Assembly: GCA_965223325.1 (NCBI GenBank)
Contig: CBDCWI010000002.1
Span: 3,424,001 to 3,488,000 of the forward strand
DNA from: Candidatus Multivoradales bacterium
GTDB lineage: Bacteria; Acidobacteriota; Thermoanaerobaculia; Multivoradales; Multivoraceae
Length of the DNA: 64,000 nucleotides
Reading direction: 5' to 3'
Below the pieces are notes generated by a model. That model saw nothing but the letters and a program-made list of their open reading frames with translations, was not told where the DNA came from and did no database searches. Shown piece after piece: positions 1 through 8,683 of the stretch (positions within the stretch are counted from its first letter, which is position 1; the number at the start of each line of letters is the position of its first letter). The translations under genes and the position numbers were made by a program.

Positions 1-2
1 GG

Positions 3-3000
3 AACTACTCCTTCGCGACGACCTATCTCGTCACCTTCCATCCACCAGGCGATCATCTCGACAACGTGATGGCCTGGGAAGGCAAGGTCGAGGTGATGAA
101 CTGCAACACGCTCGTTACTGACGTGGCGACGATCAAGTACAAGCCTGCCTTCGCGACCGACCTCGACGGCACACCTCTTCCCAGTACGGCTTATGTCTCA
201 TCGATGAGTTCCGAAGACGAAGACGACCCCGACGACGACCCGAATTGCCAGAGTGGCTGGCGCGAAAACGACGAAGAGCAAACCAAGCCGGGCGCCCTCG
301 GCTATCCCGTCTTCCCGGACCCGGCCGGCCGCAGCGACATCTTCGATCGTGGTCACAACCTACCGTGGGACTGGAAATCGTTCCCGGACACGACGCCTGG
401 ATACAAGTACAGCAACCGGCAGGAGCTCATGCGGCGCTTGGCCCCCAACGTGTTCGCCAGCGGAACCTACGATCCGTCTGTACAACCGGACTTCAGAATC
501 GGGCCGTACCTCGAGGACTACGTCAACGACTACTACCACGTTGAAAAGCCCGGGGTCGCCGAAACACCTCCTTTTGGGTTCACCACCCTGACTCCGCTGG
601 GCAGGTCGCTGACCAGGTTCAAAGACTGGCACGCGCAGTGGAAGACGGCCGCAGACCTCGACCTCGGCGCGGGCGCCTTCGATTGCTCCCCGCGCTACGC
701 CATCCTGGTCACCGACGGCGTGGACACCTGTGAAAACGACGACCCGGCCGAGGTCGCCGCTGACCTGCTCGATGCGGGAGTGCGCACCTTCGTCATCGGC
801 TACGGGGACATCGAAGACGAAAACAACTCCCTCCAAGCGATCGCCGATGCCGGCGGGACTGGCAAAGGCGACACGCTGCAGCCCGGCATCGAGGACTGCA
901 CCCACTTCAGCTACACGGTGCCAGATCCTTCCGACCCCGCCAAGGTGATCACCGGCGACGTCTGCGACGTTGTCGCACGCGACACCGAAGCGCTCAAGAA
1001 CTCGCTCGAAGCGATCCTCAAGACCCTGTCATCGTCGCGCTCGAGCTTCGCCGGCGCCGCGACCCCGAGCGGGCAGGTCGAGGCGGAAGACGTGATCTAT
1101 ATCCCGAGCTTCCTGCCTATTGCCGACCGGGCCGAGTGGAAAGGCTCGCTGGCGATGTTTCGGCGGCCACTGCCGTTCACCAACGACACTCCGCCCGTCC
1201 CCGACTTCTCGGAGGTCTGCATCGACGACCCGATGGCTGACCCGCCGACGGCCTGCCTGGCGTGGGATGCCGCCGAGTCGATGAAAGGTCAGGCCGCGTC
1301 TGCGACCGACATCGCGGGTGGCGACTTCCGCATCGGCTATGACGAAAGCCAGCGACGGGTCCTGTGGAACCGATCTCAAGACATGATCTACCGCACACCC
1401 CGCCAGCTGGCACTGCTCGAACCCACGCAAGACAACGAACCGTTCCCGCTTCTTGCGCGCTACAAACTGTGGTCGGCTCTCGGGCTCACGCACAACCCGT
1501 TCGACACGAGCGACGATGCCCCGACTGATGCGACGGCACGCGAGATTCTCGGCAACGTTCTCGTGACCAAAACCGGGACCGACTCGACCGGCGGAACGCA
1601 CGAGTTCATCCTCGGCGACATCTTTCACTCGCAGCCGCTCCACGTCGGTCCGCCAACGCGCTACGACTACATGAGCGCCAACCTCTACGGCTCGGGTGAC
1701 TGCTGGAACGGCACCACCTTCAACAGCTCCAACAAGGGCTACCGTTGCTACTGGATGCGCAACAAGTGGCGCCGCCATGTCGCCTTCGTGGGCTCGAACG
1801 ACGGTCAGCTGCATGCATTCGATGCCGGTCGCGTGCGTCACAACAACGCCGATAGCGAATTCGATCCACACATGACCACGGGTACTGGCAAGGAGCTCTT
1901 TGCCTTCGTGCCCACCGAGATCATGAGGAAGTACGAGGATCGCTACGACGGCGTGCTCGAACACCAGTGGGGCGTCGACGGCAACCTGGTGCAAGACGAC
2001 GTCTTCGTCGTCCCGAGCTGGAATGGCATGACGGCCATCAACCCCAACAACCGCGAATGGCGCACTCTCGTCATCGGCAGTATGAGGCGCGGCGGCCGCG
2101 GCTACTTCGCCCTCGACGTGACTACGCCTGATCCGGTGACCCCAGATGCCACCACCGGAGAGGTGCTGCCCCCCGACGTGGCCACGCAGGGATACGTGCC
2201 CGGCTGCCTCGAGAACCAGCCTTCCGGCTGTGACTCACTGCCCTATCCCGCCCTGCGCTGGGAATTCAGAGACCACGCTGCCGGCGGCGGACCCGCGGAC
2301 TCCGACGGCAACGGCCACCGGGATCTCGGCTACTCCTGGTCGACTCCGGTCACCGGTCGCGTCCATCTTGGAACCGACGGGTCGGGCAACGAGATCTACC
2401 GTTTTGTCGCCATCTTCGGTGGCGGAATGGACGAGAACAACGCCGGGGTCGGCAACTTCATCTACATGGTCGATATCGAGACCGGCAAGGTGCTCTACAA
2501 GGAGGCCGTCACTGCAGCCGTACCCAGCAAGGTCGCAGCGGTCGACGTCAATCGCGATGCGGTGCTCGACCTGGTCTACTTCGGCGACGTCGACGGACAC
2601 CTCTACAAGATCGACATGACCGAAGATGCCACCCTGGATGCCGACGGAAAGATCAACGACGTCGACTGGAAGCCGTTCGAGATCTTCGACGCTGAGGGGC
2701 GCCCCTTCTACCACCCGCCGACCTTGATCTGGTCTGCCCAGAACAATTCGCACGCCGTCGCCATCGGCAGCGGCAACCGCGAGGACCTCTGGGCGCCGGC
2801 CACGGCCACTCAAGCGTTGTTCGTCTTCATGGATCCGGGCTGGGACAACTCCCTGGCCGCGCCCTTCAAGCAGGCAGACCTCCACCTCCTCGGTACCGAT
2901 CCCGAGACTGACGCCATCCTCACCGAGCCGCCAGGCCTGGCTACCCTCTCGGGCTACGCCCTCGAGTTCGCCAGCAACGAGCGCATGATCTCCCAGGTCT

Positions 3001-3413
3001 TCGCACTCTCGGGCTTTCTCACCTTCACAACCTACAACCCCAAGGTGACGGTTTCGAACGTGACAGGCTGCGGAGCGAGCGGCACCAGTAACCTCTACAC
3101 GATCCGTGCGACCAACGGGAACCCCCTGGTCACCGGGAGCGAGCGCTATCGGTCGGTCAGCGGCTACGTATCGAACCCGTTCTCGGCTCCGAGCCCGTCG
3201 AACGGACCAACCAACGGTACGACGCCTGACGGTACGACCAACCCACCTGAGAACTTCGACGACGTCATCGACTATCTCAAGTCGCAGATGCCCGAGAACT
3301 GCCGATTCACCAACAAGCGGATCGATATCAAGGCAGTCCGGTCGGACACCGGCATGGAGTGGCTCGCGCCCGTACCCGTCTGCGTGCGCAGGAGCAACTG
3401 GAAACAGTTCTAG
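3..3413 (+). CDS. pilY1: PilY1/PilC-like type IV pilus tip adhesin (5'-truncated by window edge)
   Basis: Frame is open from position 3. VWA-like segment (TPLGRSL, AILVTDG, VRTFVIGY); PilC propeller motifs LGDIFHSQP, FVGSNDGQLHAFDA, GKELFAFVP, WGVDG, RRGGRGYFALDVT, LGYSWSTP, DVNRD..LDLVYFGDVDGHLYK; C-terminal ..SNWKQF. Confidence 0.9.
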   Translation, partial: NYSFATTYLVTFHPPGDHLDNVMAWEGKVEVMNCNTLVTDVATIKYKPAFATDLDGTPLPSTAYVSSMSSEDEDDPDDDPNCQSGWRENDEEQTKPGALGYPVFPDPAGRSDIFDRGHNLPWDWKSFPDTTPGYKYSNRQELMRRLAPNVFASGTYDPSVQPDFRIGPYLEDYVNDYYHVEKPGVAETPPFGFTTLTPLGRSLTRFKDWHAQWKTAADLDLGAGAFDCSPRYAILVTDGVDTCENDDPAEVAADLLDAGVRTFVIGYGDIEDENNSLQAIADAGGTGKGDTLQPGIEDCTHFSYTVPDPSDPAKVITGDVCDVVARDTEALKNSLEAILKTLSSSRSSFAGAATPSGQVEAEDVIYIPSFLPIADRAEWKGSLAMFRRPLPFTNDTPPVPDFSEVCIDDPMADPPTACLAWDAAESMKGQAASATDIAGGDFRIGYDESQRRVLWNRSQDMIYRTPRQLALLEPTQDNEPFPLLARYKLWSALGLTHNPFDTSDDAPTDATAREILGNVLVTKTGTDSTGGTHEFILGDIFHSQPLHVGPPTRYDYMSANLYGSGDCWNGTTFNSSNKGYRCYWMRNKWRRHVAFVGSNDGQLHAFDAGRVRHNNADSEFDPHMTTGTGKELFAFVPTEIMRKYEDRYDGVLEHQWGVDGNLVQDDVFVVPSWNGMTAINPNNREWRTLVIGSMRRGGRGYFALDVTTPDPVTPDATTGEVLPPDVATQGYVPGCLENQPSGCDSLPYPALRWEFRDHAAGGGPADSDGNGHRDLGYSWSTPVTGRVHLGTDGSGNEIYRFVAIFGGGMDENNAGVGNFIYMVDIETGKVLYKEAVTAAVPSKVAAVDVNRDAVLDLVYFGDVDGHLYKIDMTEDATLDADGKINDVDWKPFEIFDAEGRPFYHPPTLIWSAQNNSHAVAIGSGNREDLWAPATATQALFVFMDPGWDNSLAAPFKQADLHLLGTDPETDAILTEPPGLATLSGYALEFASNERMISQVFALSGFLTFTTYNPKVTVSNVTGCGASGTSNLYTIRATNGNPLVTGSERYRSVSGYVSNPFSAPSPSNGPTNGTTPDGTTNPPENFDDVIDYLKSQMPENCRFTNKRIDIKAVRSDTGMEWLAPVPVCVRRSNWKQF

Positions 3414-4053
3414 CAGTCCCGTGGTCTTGCGGCCTCTCACCAGGGTCTTGACACTGGTGGGAGGCGGTGCTGCTGGACTGGCGATCGCGTGACATCGCTG
3501 CGTCGTTACCACGGGACTGCTAGAGGTCACTCTAGCCGCGCAAGCGATTCGAAACGCGAGCCGCATCCCAACGTGCGCTAAATCACCGAAGCTCCCATGC
3601 ACTTCATGGATCCGTCGCGCGCGGCGGATTCCGGGCTCCGATGAAGACGCTCCTACAGAGAGCCACCGGCTGCTCTGGCCAGTGGTCTTGCGGCCTCTCA
3701 CCAGGGTCTTGACACTGGTGGGAGGCGGTGCTGCTGGACTGGCGATCGCGTGACATCGCTGCGTCGTTACCACGGGACTGCTAGAGGTCACTCTAGCCGC
3801 GCAAGCGATTCGAAACGCGAGCCGCATCCCAACGTGCGCTAAATCACCGAAGCTCCCATGCACTTCATGGATCCGTCGCGCGCGGCGGATTCCGGGCTCC
3901 GACGAAGACGCTCCTACAGAGAGCCACCGGCTGCTCTGGCCAGTGGTCTTGCGGCCTCTCACCTGGGTCTTGACACAGGAGGCGAAAGGCGATGCTGCAC
4001 GCGCTCGTACCCGGCCGCCAGGGCCTCGAAGCCGGCGCATCGCGGAAGACCAC
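3410..4053. repeat. Tandem array with 261-bp period (2 near-identical units plus a diverged third) built from MITE/REP-like elements
   Basis: gtggtcttgcggcctctcacc recurs at 3421, 3682 and 3943. First element is bounded by the inverted repeat ctagcagtcccgtggt (3410-3425) / accacgggactgctag (3508-3523). Confidence 0.9.
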
Positions 4054-4151
4054 CGATCCCGTCGAAAAGAATCTGTTACTGCGCGCGACATCCCCCTTAG
4101 GAAGGAGAAAGAACAGCCCCCGGCTCCTAACCTCCTAAGGACGGACTCGAC

Positions 4152-5063
4152 ATGTCACAGCGACCACCCTCGGCAGCCCAACCCTTCATTCGCCGCATCG
4201 AGCTGGACCGGCCAGCCGTCAGCCGGCGAACAACTCCCGCGGTGCATTCGCGACTGACGAGGCTGGCCACTGCGGTCGGGGCGGTCCTGGTTGCAATCGC
4301 CTCGGCACTTTCGGCACAGGCATCGTCGCTGCCGGCCGCACCCTGGGCGGCAGAAAGGGCTGCCATCGAAGACTGCCTGGAGCGCGGTGTGGTCACCGAG
4401 CGCAGCAAGATCTCCGTTGGGATCACCAAGCCCGAAAAGGTCACTCTGGACTGCGGCGACCGAACCATAGGGGCGATCTGGAAGGCTCTGCAGCCGGGCT
4501 ACCAGCATGGGTGGTGGGAAGACTACCGCTCCGAGGTCGCGGCCTACCGAATCGACGTGCTGCTAGGGCTGGACATGGTTCCGCCCACCGTCGCGCGGTT
4601 GCTCGGACCCCGGCGCGGCTCACTGCAACTGTGGGTCGAAGGCTTCTCGATGTTCGGAGACGACCCGGATTCAACGCGCATTCCGCAAGAGCTCTGGGAC
4701 CGCATCAAGGTCTTCGACTTCTTGATGAGCAACCCCGATCGCAATCAAGGCAACATTCTGATTGCGCAAGACGGGCGCGTCGCCCTCATCGATCACTCGC
4801 GCGCCGCCATCTTCCGGGGTGGCTCGTTGAGCAAAGCGACCTGGACACCGAAACGCTGCGACGATGCCCTCCGGCAGCGTGTCTCGAAGCTGAACCGAAG
4901 CCTGCTGCAGGATGCACTTGGCGATATCGTCGGCAAGCGTGCGATCAAGCCCATCGTCTTGCGCCTTGGTCGGCTCGCTGAGGTCATCGACCAACAGTCC
5001 GACAACGAGCAGCCCGAGTTCTCACCAGACAGTGACGACCCGGCGCCTCACGCAAACCGATAG
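4152..5063 (+). CDS. Secreted atypical kinase-like protein (PI3/4-kinase/Fam20-like fold); true start may be GTG ~4242
   Basis: Signal-peptide-like LATAVGAVLVAIASALSAQA; motifs AIWK, SEVAAYRID..LGLDMVPPTV, DFLMSNPDRNQGNIL, LIDHSRA. Confidence 0.7.
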   Translation: MSQRPPSAAQPFIRRIELDRPAVSRRTTPAVHSRLTRLATAVGAVLVAIASALSAQASSLPAAPWAAERAAIEDCLERGVVTERSKISVGITKPEKVTLDCGDRTIGAIWKALQPGYQHGWWEDYRSEVAAYRIDVLLGLDMVPPTVARLLGPRRGSLQLWVEGFSMFGDDPDSTRIPQELWDRIKVFDFLMSNPDRNQGNILIAQDGRVALIDHSRAAIFRGGSLSKATWTPKRCDDALRQRVSKLNRSLLQDALGDIVGKRAIKPIVLRLGRLAEVIDQQSDNEQPEFSPDSDDPAPHANR

Positions 5064-5812
5064 CGCGTCAACACATAGCGCACGTCCTCGTCGAGAGCGT
5101 CTGCATCGAGGTCAGACTTCCAGATCGGCGAGCACGCCTGGTTGCGAGAGGCGAGTTCGGCGGCAAGCTCCTCCCGGAAACGCTTGCGCAATCGCGAAAC
5201 CGACATCTTGAGCGCGGCTGGAGTGGTTTCGAGCGACGCCGCAACCTCGCCGTAGTCGGGCGGCGGGTCATCGAGCAGAAACTGCAACTCGGCCTCGAGC
5301 CGGGCGTACTTCAGTGCCTGGCGCTCTCCGACCCTGGCTGCCTGCTCCTGAAGCAGCTTCGTGATGGTGCGTTCGACGACATCGCGCGCGAAGCTCGCCT
5401 CGAAGGCCTCCTGGGGCGAAGGGGCGCCCGACGCGAGAGCAAACAACTCGCTCGATGCCGATGACACTTCGTCATCAAGACGGGCAAACCCGCCGCTGGG
5501 CGTGCGCTTGCGGGCAGAAAGCCGGTCGCGCTCATCGGCCAGAAAATTGCGCGCCGAAGCCAACAGGAAGTTCCTGAATCGACCGCGCGTCGGATCAGCC
5601 TTCGCCGCGAGATCTGCCTCGACGAAACGCGTGAAGAACGCCTGCGTCAGGTCCTCGGCATCGTCCCTCGACACACCGGAGCGACAGAAGAAGGAGAACA
5701 CGGGGCGCCAGTAGCACTGGCACAGCTCCTCGAGCGCACTCGCATCTCCCCGCCTCTGGTCGCGCGCAGCGCGTCCGATCATCGACCAGTTCGTCTTGAG
5801 GAAGTCCGACAT
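5048..5812 (-). CDS. ECF-type sigma-70 factor
   Basis: TNWSMI..A, ALEELC..YWRPVFSF, DAEDLTQAFF, GRFRNFL, C-terminal HTH YGEVAASLETTPAALKMSVSRLRKRF. Confidence 0.85.
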   Translation of the reverse strand: MSDFLKTNWSMIGRAARDQRRGDASALEELCQCYWRPVFSFFCRSGVSRDDAEDLTQAFFTRFVEADLAAKADPTRGRFRNFLLASARNFLADERDRLSARKRTPSGGFARLDDEVSSASSELFALASGAPSPQEAFEASFARDVVERTITKLLQEQAARVGERQALKYARLEAELQFLLDDPPPDYGEVAASLETTPAALKMSVSRLRKRFREELAAELASRNQACSPIWKSDLDADALDEDVRYVLTRYRFA

Positions 5813-5831
5813 GAGCGATTGGACCTGTCGC

Positions 5832-6389
5832 TCAGCCGGCTCGTTCGTAGGCCTTCTTCAGCCACCCGACGAGTTCGGCATCGACACCGTTCGTGTCTTC
5901 AATGCTGACCTGATGGCTCGTCATGCTGGCGGCCTTGCACTCGACCAGCCGTTCGGTCGCTGGTTCACCTTTGAGCTGGATTCCTACGTCGACGCGCGTT
6001 TTGGTAGCCGGCTTGATGAGTGCAAACTGCTTCTCGCGCCGTAGACTGACGTAGGTCTTCTTCGGGGAGATTTCGACGTCTTTCCCGAACTTCCTGGCTG
6101 CAGCCTCGAGCTTCTCGTAGATCGGCAGGAGACTCTGCTTCTTCTCGTACTGCGCCCGAACCAGATCCGAGGCATCGGCGTGTTCAGCCGAAGACGCTCG
6201 TACTTCGTGGGCGATCAGATTGGCGAAACCATGGGTCACTCCGTGCTCCTTCTTCAAGAAGCCAACGATCTGCCCGTGCTTTTCGAACGACTGCTTGGCC
6301 AGCACCTTCTTCCAGCCGTCAAGCGTCTTGCCGGTCTTCTCCTCCAAGTTGGCCAACATCTTCTGGGCCATCTCTTGCGGCGTTGCCAT
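5832..6389 (-). CDS. DUF4287/DUF5655 domain protein
   Basis: Start MATPQEM after GGAG RBS; NLEEKTGK, FLKKEHGVTHGFAN, PKKTYVSLRR..QFA. Confidence 0.75.
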   Translation of the reverse strand: MATPQEMAQKMLANLEEKTGKTLDGWKKVLAKQSFEKHGQIVGFLKKEHGVTHGFANLIAHEVRASSAEHADASDLVRAQYEKKQSLLPIYEKLEAAARKFGKDVEISPKKTYVSLRREKQFALIKPATKTRVDVGIQLKGEPATERLVECKAASMTSHQVSIEDTNGVDAELVGWLKKAYERAG

Positions 6390-6451
6390 CTTCCGTTCTC
6401 CTCCGAAGTCAGATCGTTGAGCGTAGCGCGGGCTGGTGAGAGCTGGTCGTC

Positions 6452-7030
6452 CTACGGAGTCGCCTTCTCCTGGCTGGCTTTGATCACGAAGCCGAGCGCC
6501 ACCTGTTTGCGCTCCCAGTGAAGAACGATCTCCCCCCGATAGGGCGGCCAATCAGAAAAGTCGTCGATCGAGTAGCGCAGGCGTTCGCGAAACGGCGCCT
6601 CCCGGGGTTCAACAGTGACCCGCACAACGTCCTCGGCGGCAACGAACTCATTGGGGCTGCCAACCGCGCTCTCGTTGAGCACCATCTGCCAGGCGGTGTC
6701 GCCCTCCGGAAAGATGTAGAAGCCGTAGCTGCCGGCAGGAACTAACGTTCCTGCAATCACCACGTCTTCAGAGAAGGTGATCGTCGTCTTGTCGTTGGCA
6801 CCGGCACGCCAGTTCTGGTTGTAGGGAACGAGCTCTCCCCAGATTTCGCGCTCCTTGACACCGGGACTGAACCAGCTGATCGTTATGGGCTGGGTGCCGA
6901 CGACCTGGGTGAGGGTCGCATGCGGGCTCTCGAGCGGCTCGTCGACCTGTGCCCTCGCTCGACCGGGCGGAATCGCCAGGCCGAGTAGGAACAGTCCAAT
7001 CGCAACAGTCGCTTTCGAGGTGATCGTCAT
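6452..7030 (-). CDS. DUF2911 family exported protein
   Basis: Signal peptide; SP....Q.VG...I.I.W.SPGVK.REIWG.LVPY...WRAGAN..TTITFS. Confidence 0.8.
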   Translation of the reverse strand: MTITSKATVAIGLFLLGLAIPPGRARAQVDEPLESPHATLTQVVGTQPITISWFSPGVKEREIWGELVPYNQNWRAGANDKTTITFSEDVVIAGTLVPAGSYGFYIFPEGDTAWQMVLNESAVGSPNEFVAAEDVVRVTVEPREAPFRERLRYSIDDFSDWPPYRGEIVLHWERKQVALGFVIKASQEKATP

Positions 7031-7157
7031 CGCGCGTGGGTCCCTTGCCGGGGAATCGTAGAGAACGAAGGGGTGAACCGAAACCCAGCCTACCCGCCCC
7101 GGTGTCATCAGGGTAGACTCAGCCAGAACAACGCGACGACGCCTTTTGCTCGAGAAC

Positions 7158-7667
7158 ATGATCTGCCGAAGCCTCCTGCTTGCAGCCGCCGCGGCCCTGA
7201 CCGCCAGCGCTGCGATGGCAGCTCTCGAGGTCGGCGACGTCGCTCCCGACTTCACCCTCGAGGGTACCGATGGCGAGAAGGTCACACTCTCGGCGTTGAT
7301 TGGCGAAAAGAACGTCCTCCTGGCCTTCTTTCCCAAAGCCTTCACCGGTGGCTGAACGATCGAGATGAAGCGATACCAGTCTGGTATCTCCGACTTCACC
7401 GAGAGTGACTCGCTGGTCTTCGGGATCAGCACCGATGCCCTGGAAGAGAACACGCGTTTTGCCGAATCGCTCGATCTGGACTTCGTCCTGCTCAGTGATG
7501 AAGACGGCACGGTGGCAAACGAGTACGGCGTGTTGATGGAAGGGCGCACGATGGCCAAGCGCACGACCTTTGTCATCGACAAGGAAGGCAAGATCGCCTA
7601 CGTGGCTGAGGGGCGCGAAGCCATGGACCCAACGGCTGCCGCCTCGGCCTGCGCCAAACTCAACTGA
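7158..7667 (+). CDS. Exported peroxiredoxin (AhpC/TSA, BCP-like) with in-frame TGA 7353-7355 read as selenocysteine
   Basis: ORFs 7146-7355 and 7365-7667 are in frame. Joined they give [41 protein letters not shown]; TGA sits at the peroxidatic Cys position; SECIS-like hairpin follows. Confidence 0.9.
7372..7388 (+). promoter_or_regulatory. Putative bacterial SECIS hairpin (peroxiredoxin)
   Basis: GATACC-AGTCT-GGTATC stem-loop; loop G at +24 after the TGA, followed by U. Confidence 0.7.
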
Positions 7668-7827
7668 GTTCAGCACGAGAGCACTTCTGGCGCTGCCGCG
7701 CCTCCCGCTTCCTCGTGATTCGCGGTAGGTTGACGCATCCCAGCTCAGCTCAGATACGGCGTGGACGCTCCGTTGGTAGGCGGAGTTCTGCTTCGCGTAG
7801 AAACGAACTTCGAGGAGACTGAAACCC

Positions 7828-8610
7828 ATGGAATTGAATTCGGACATCACGGCAGTCGTCACCGGCGGCGCATCAGGGCTCGGCTTCGCGACTTCTCGCA
7901 AGCTGGCGGCCGCGGGAGTCAAGATCGGCATCTTCGACATCAACGAAGAGCTCGGCACGAAAGTGGCCAAAGAGAACGACTGGACGTTCGCCAAGGTCGA
8001 CGTGACCTCAGAGGAGCAGGTCGACGCCGGCTTCGAAGCAGTGCGTGCCGCAAACGGCCAGGAGCGCATCCTGATCAACTGTGCCGGCATTGGAGCCGCA
8101 GTCAAGACCGCGTCGCGCGACAAGGAGACCGGCGAGATTCGACACTTTCCGCTCGACCGCTTCGATCTCGTCATTCAGATCAACCTGGTCGGCTCCTTCC
8201 GCTGCATCGCCAAGTCGGCGGCCGGCATGATGACTCTCGATCCGCTCGAGTGCGGCGACCGCGGCGCGATCGTCAATACCGCCTCGGTTGCTGCAGAAGA
8301 CGGCCAGATCGGTCAAGCCGCCTACTCGGCCTCGAAGGGCGGCATCGTCGGAATGACCCTGCCCGTCGCCCGTGACCTGGCGCGCGAGTTCATACGCGTC
8401 AACACCATTCTGCCCGGCATCTTCGACACCCCGCTCCTGCAGGGCGCTCCCGAGAAGGTCAAGCAGGCGCTCGCAGCTCAGGTACCCAACCCGGCGCGTC
8501 TTGGCAACCCCGAAGAGTACGCCTCGCTAGCGGTCGAGATGTGCCGCAACGGCTACTTCAACGGCGAGGACGTTCGGCTCGACGGCGCGATTCGCATGGC
8601 ACCGCGCTAG
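7828..8610 (+). CDS. SDR, 3-hydroxyacyl-CoA dehydrogenase type 2 (HSD10-like)
   Basis: TGGASGLG, NCAGI, NTASVAA.DGQIGQAAYSASKGGIVGMTLP, NGEDVRLDGAIRM. Confidence 0.92.
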   Translation: MELNSDITAVVTGGASGLGFATSRKLAAAGVKIGIFDINEELGTKVAKENDWTFAKVDVTSEEQVDAGFEAVRAANGQERILINCAGIGAAVKTASRDKETGEIRHFPLDRFDLVIQINLVGSFRCIAKSAAGMMTLDPLECGDRGAIVNTASVAAEDGQIGQAAYSASKGGIVGMTLPVARDLAREFIRVNTILPGIFDTPLLQGAPEKVKQALAAQVPNPARLGNPEEYASLAVEMCRNGYFNGEDVRLDGAIRMAPR

Positions 8611-8683
8611 AAAGCCGGGCAAGCGCCGGGCGAATGCCGGGCGAATGACTGGGGTGATTCTGGGATTCCTCGTCGGGGATTCC

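Noticed and set aside
3421-4053. CRISPR array or integron cassette array
   Set aside because: Units are full-length duplicates without unique spacers or cassette ORFs; no cas or intI in the window
2235-4091. 618-aa minus-strand ORF with an internal 87-aa repeat
   Set aside because: Shadow of pilY1 plus the 261-bp non-coding repeat (a multiple of 3); no protein-like features
7146-7667. Peroxiredoxin and DUF3179 as nonsense pseudogenes, or genome-wide TGA recoding
   Set aside because: Both TGAs sit at catalytic Cys positions with downstream hairpins, while TGA is a normal stop elsewhere (tpiA, parB, rpmH)
8614-8647. GCCGGGC x3 short repeat after the SDR gene
   Set aside because: Very short and GC-rich; likely slippage or chance
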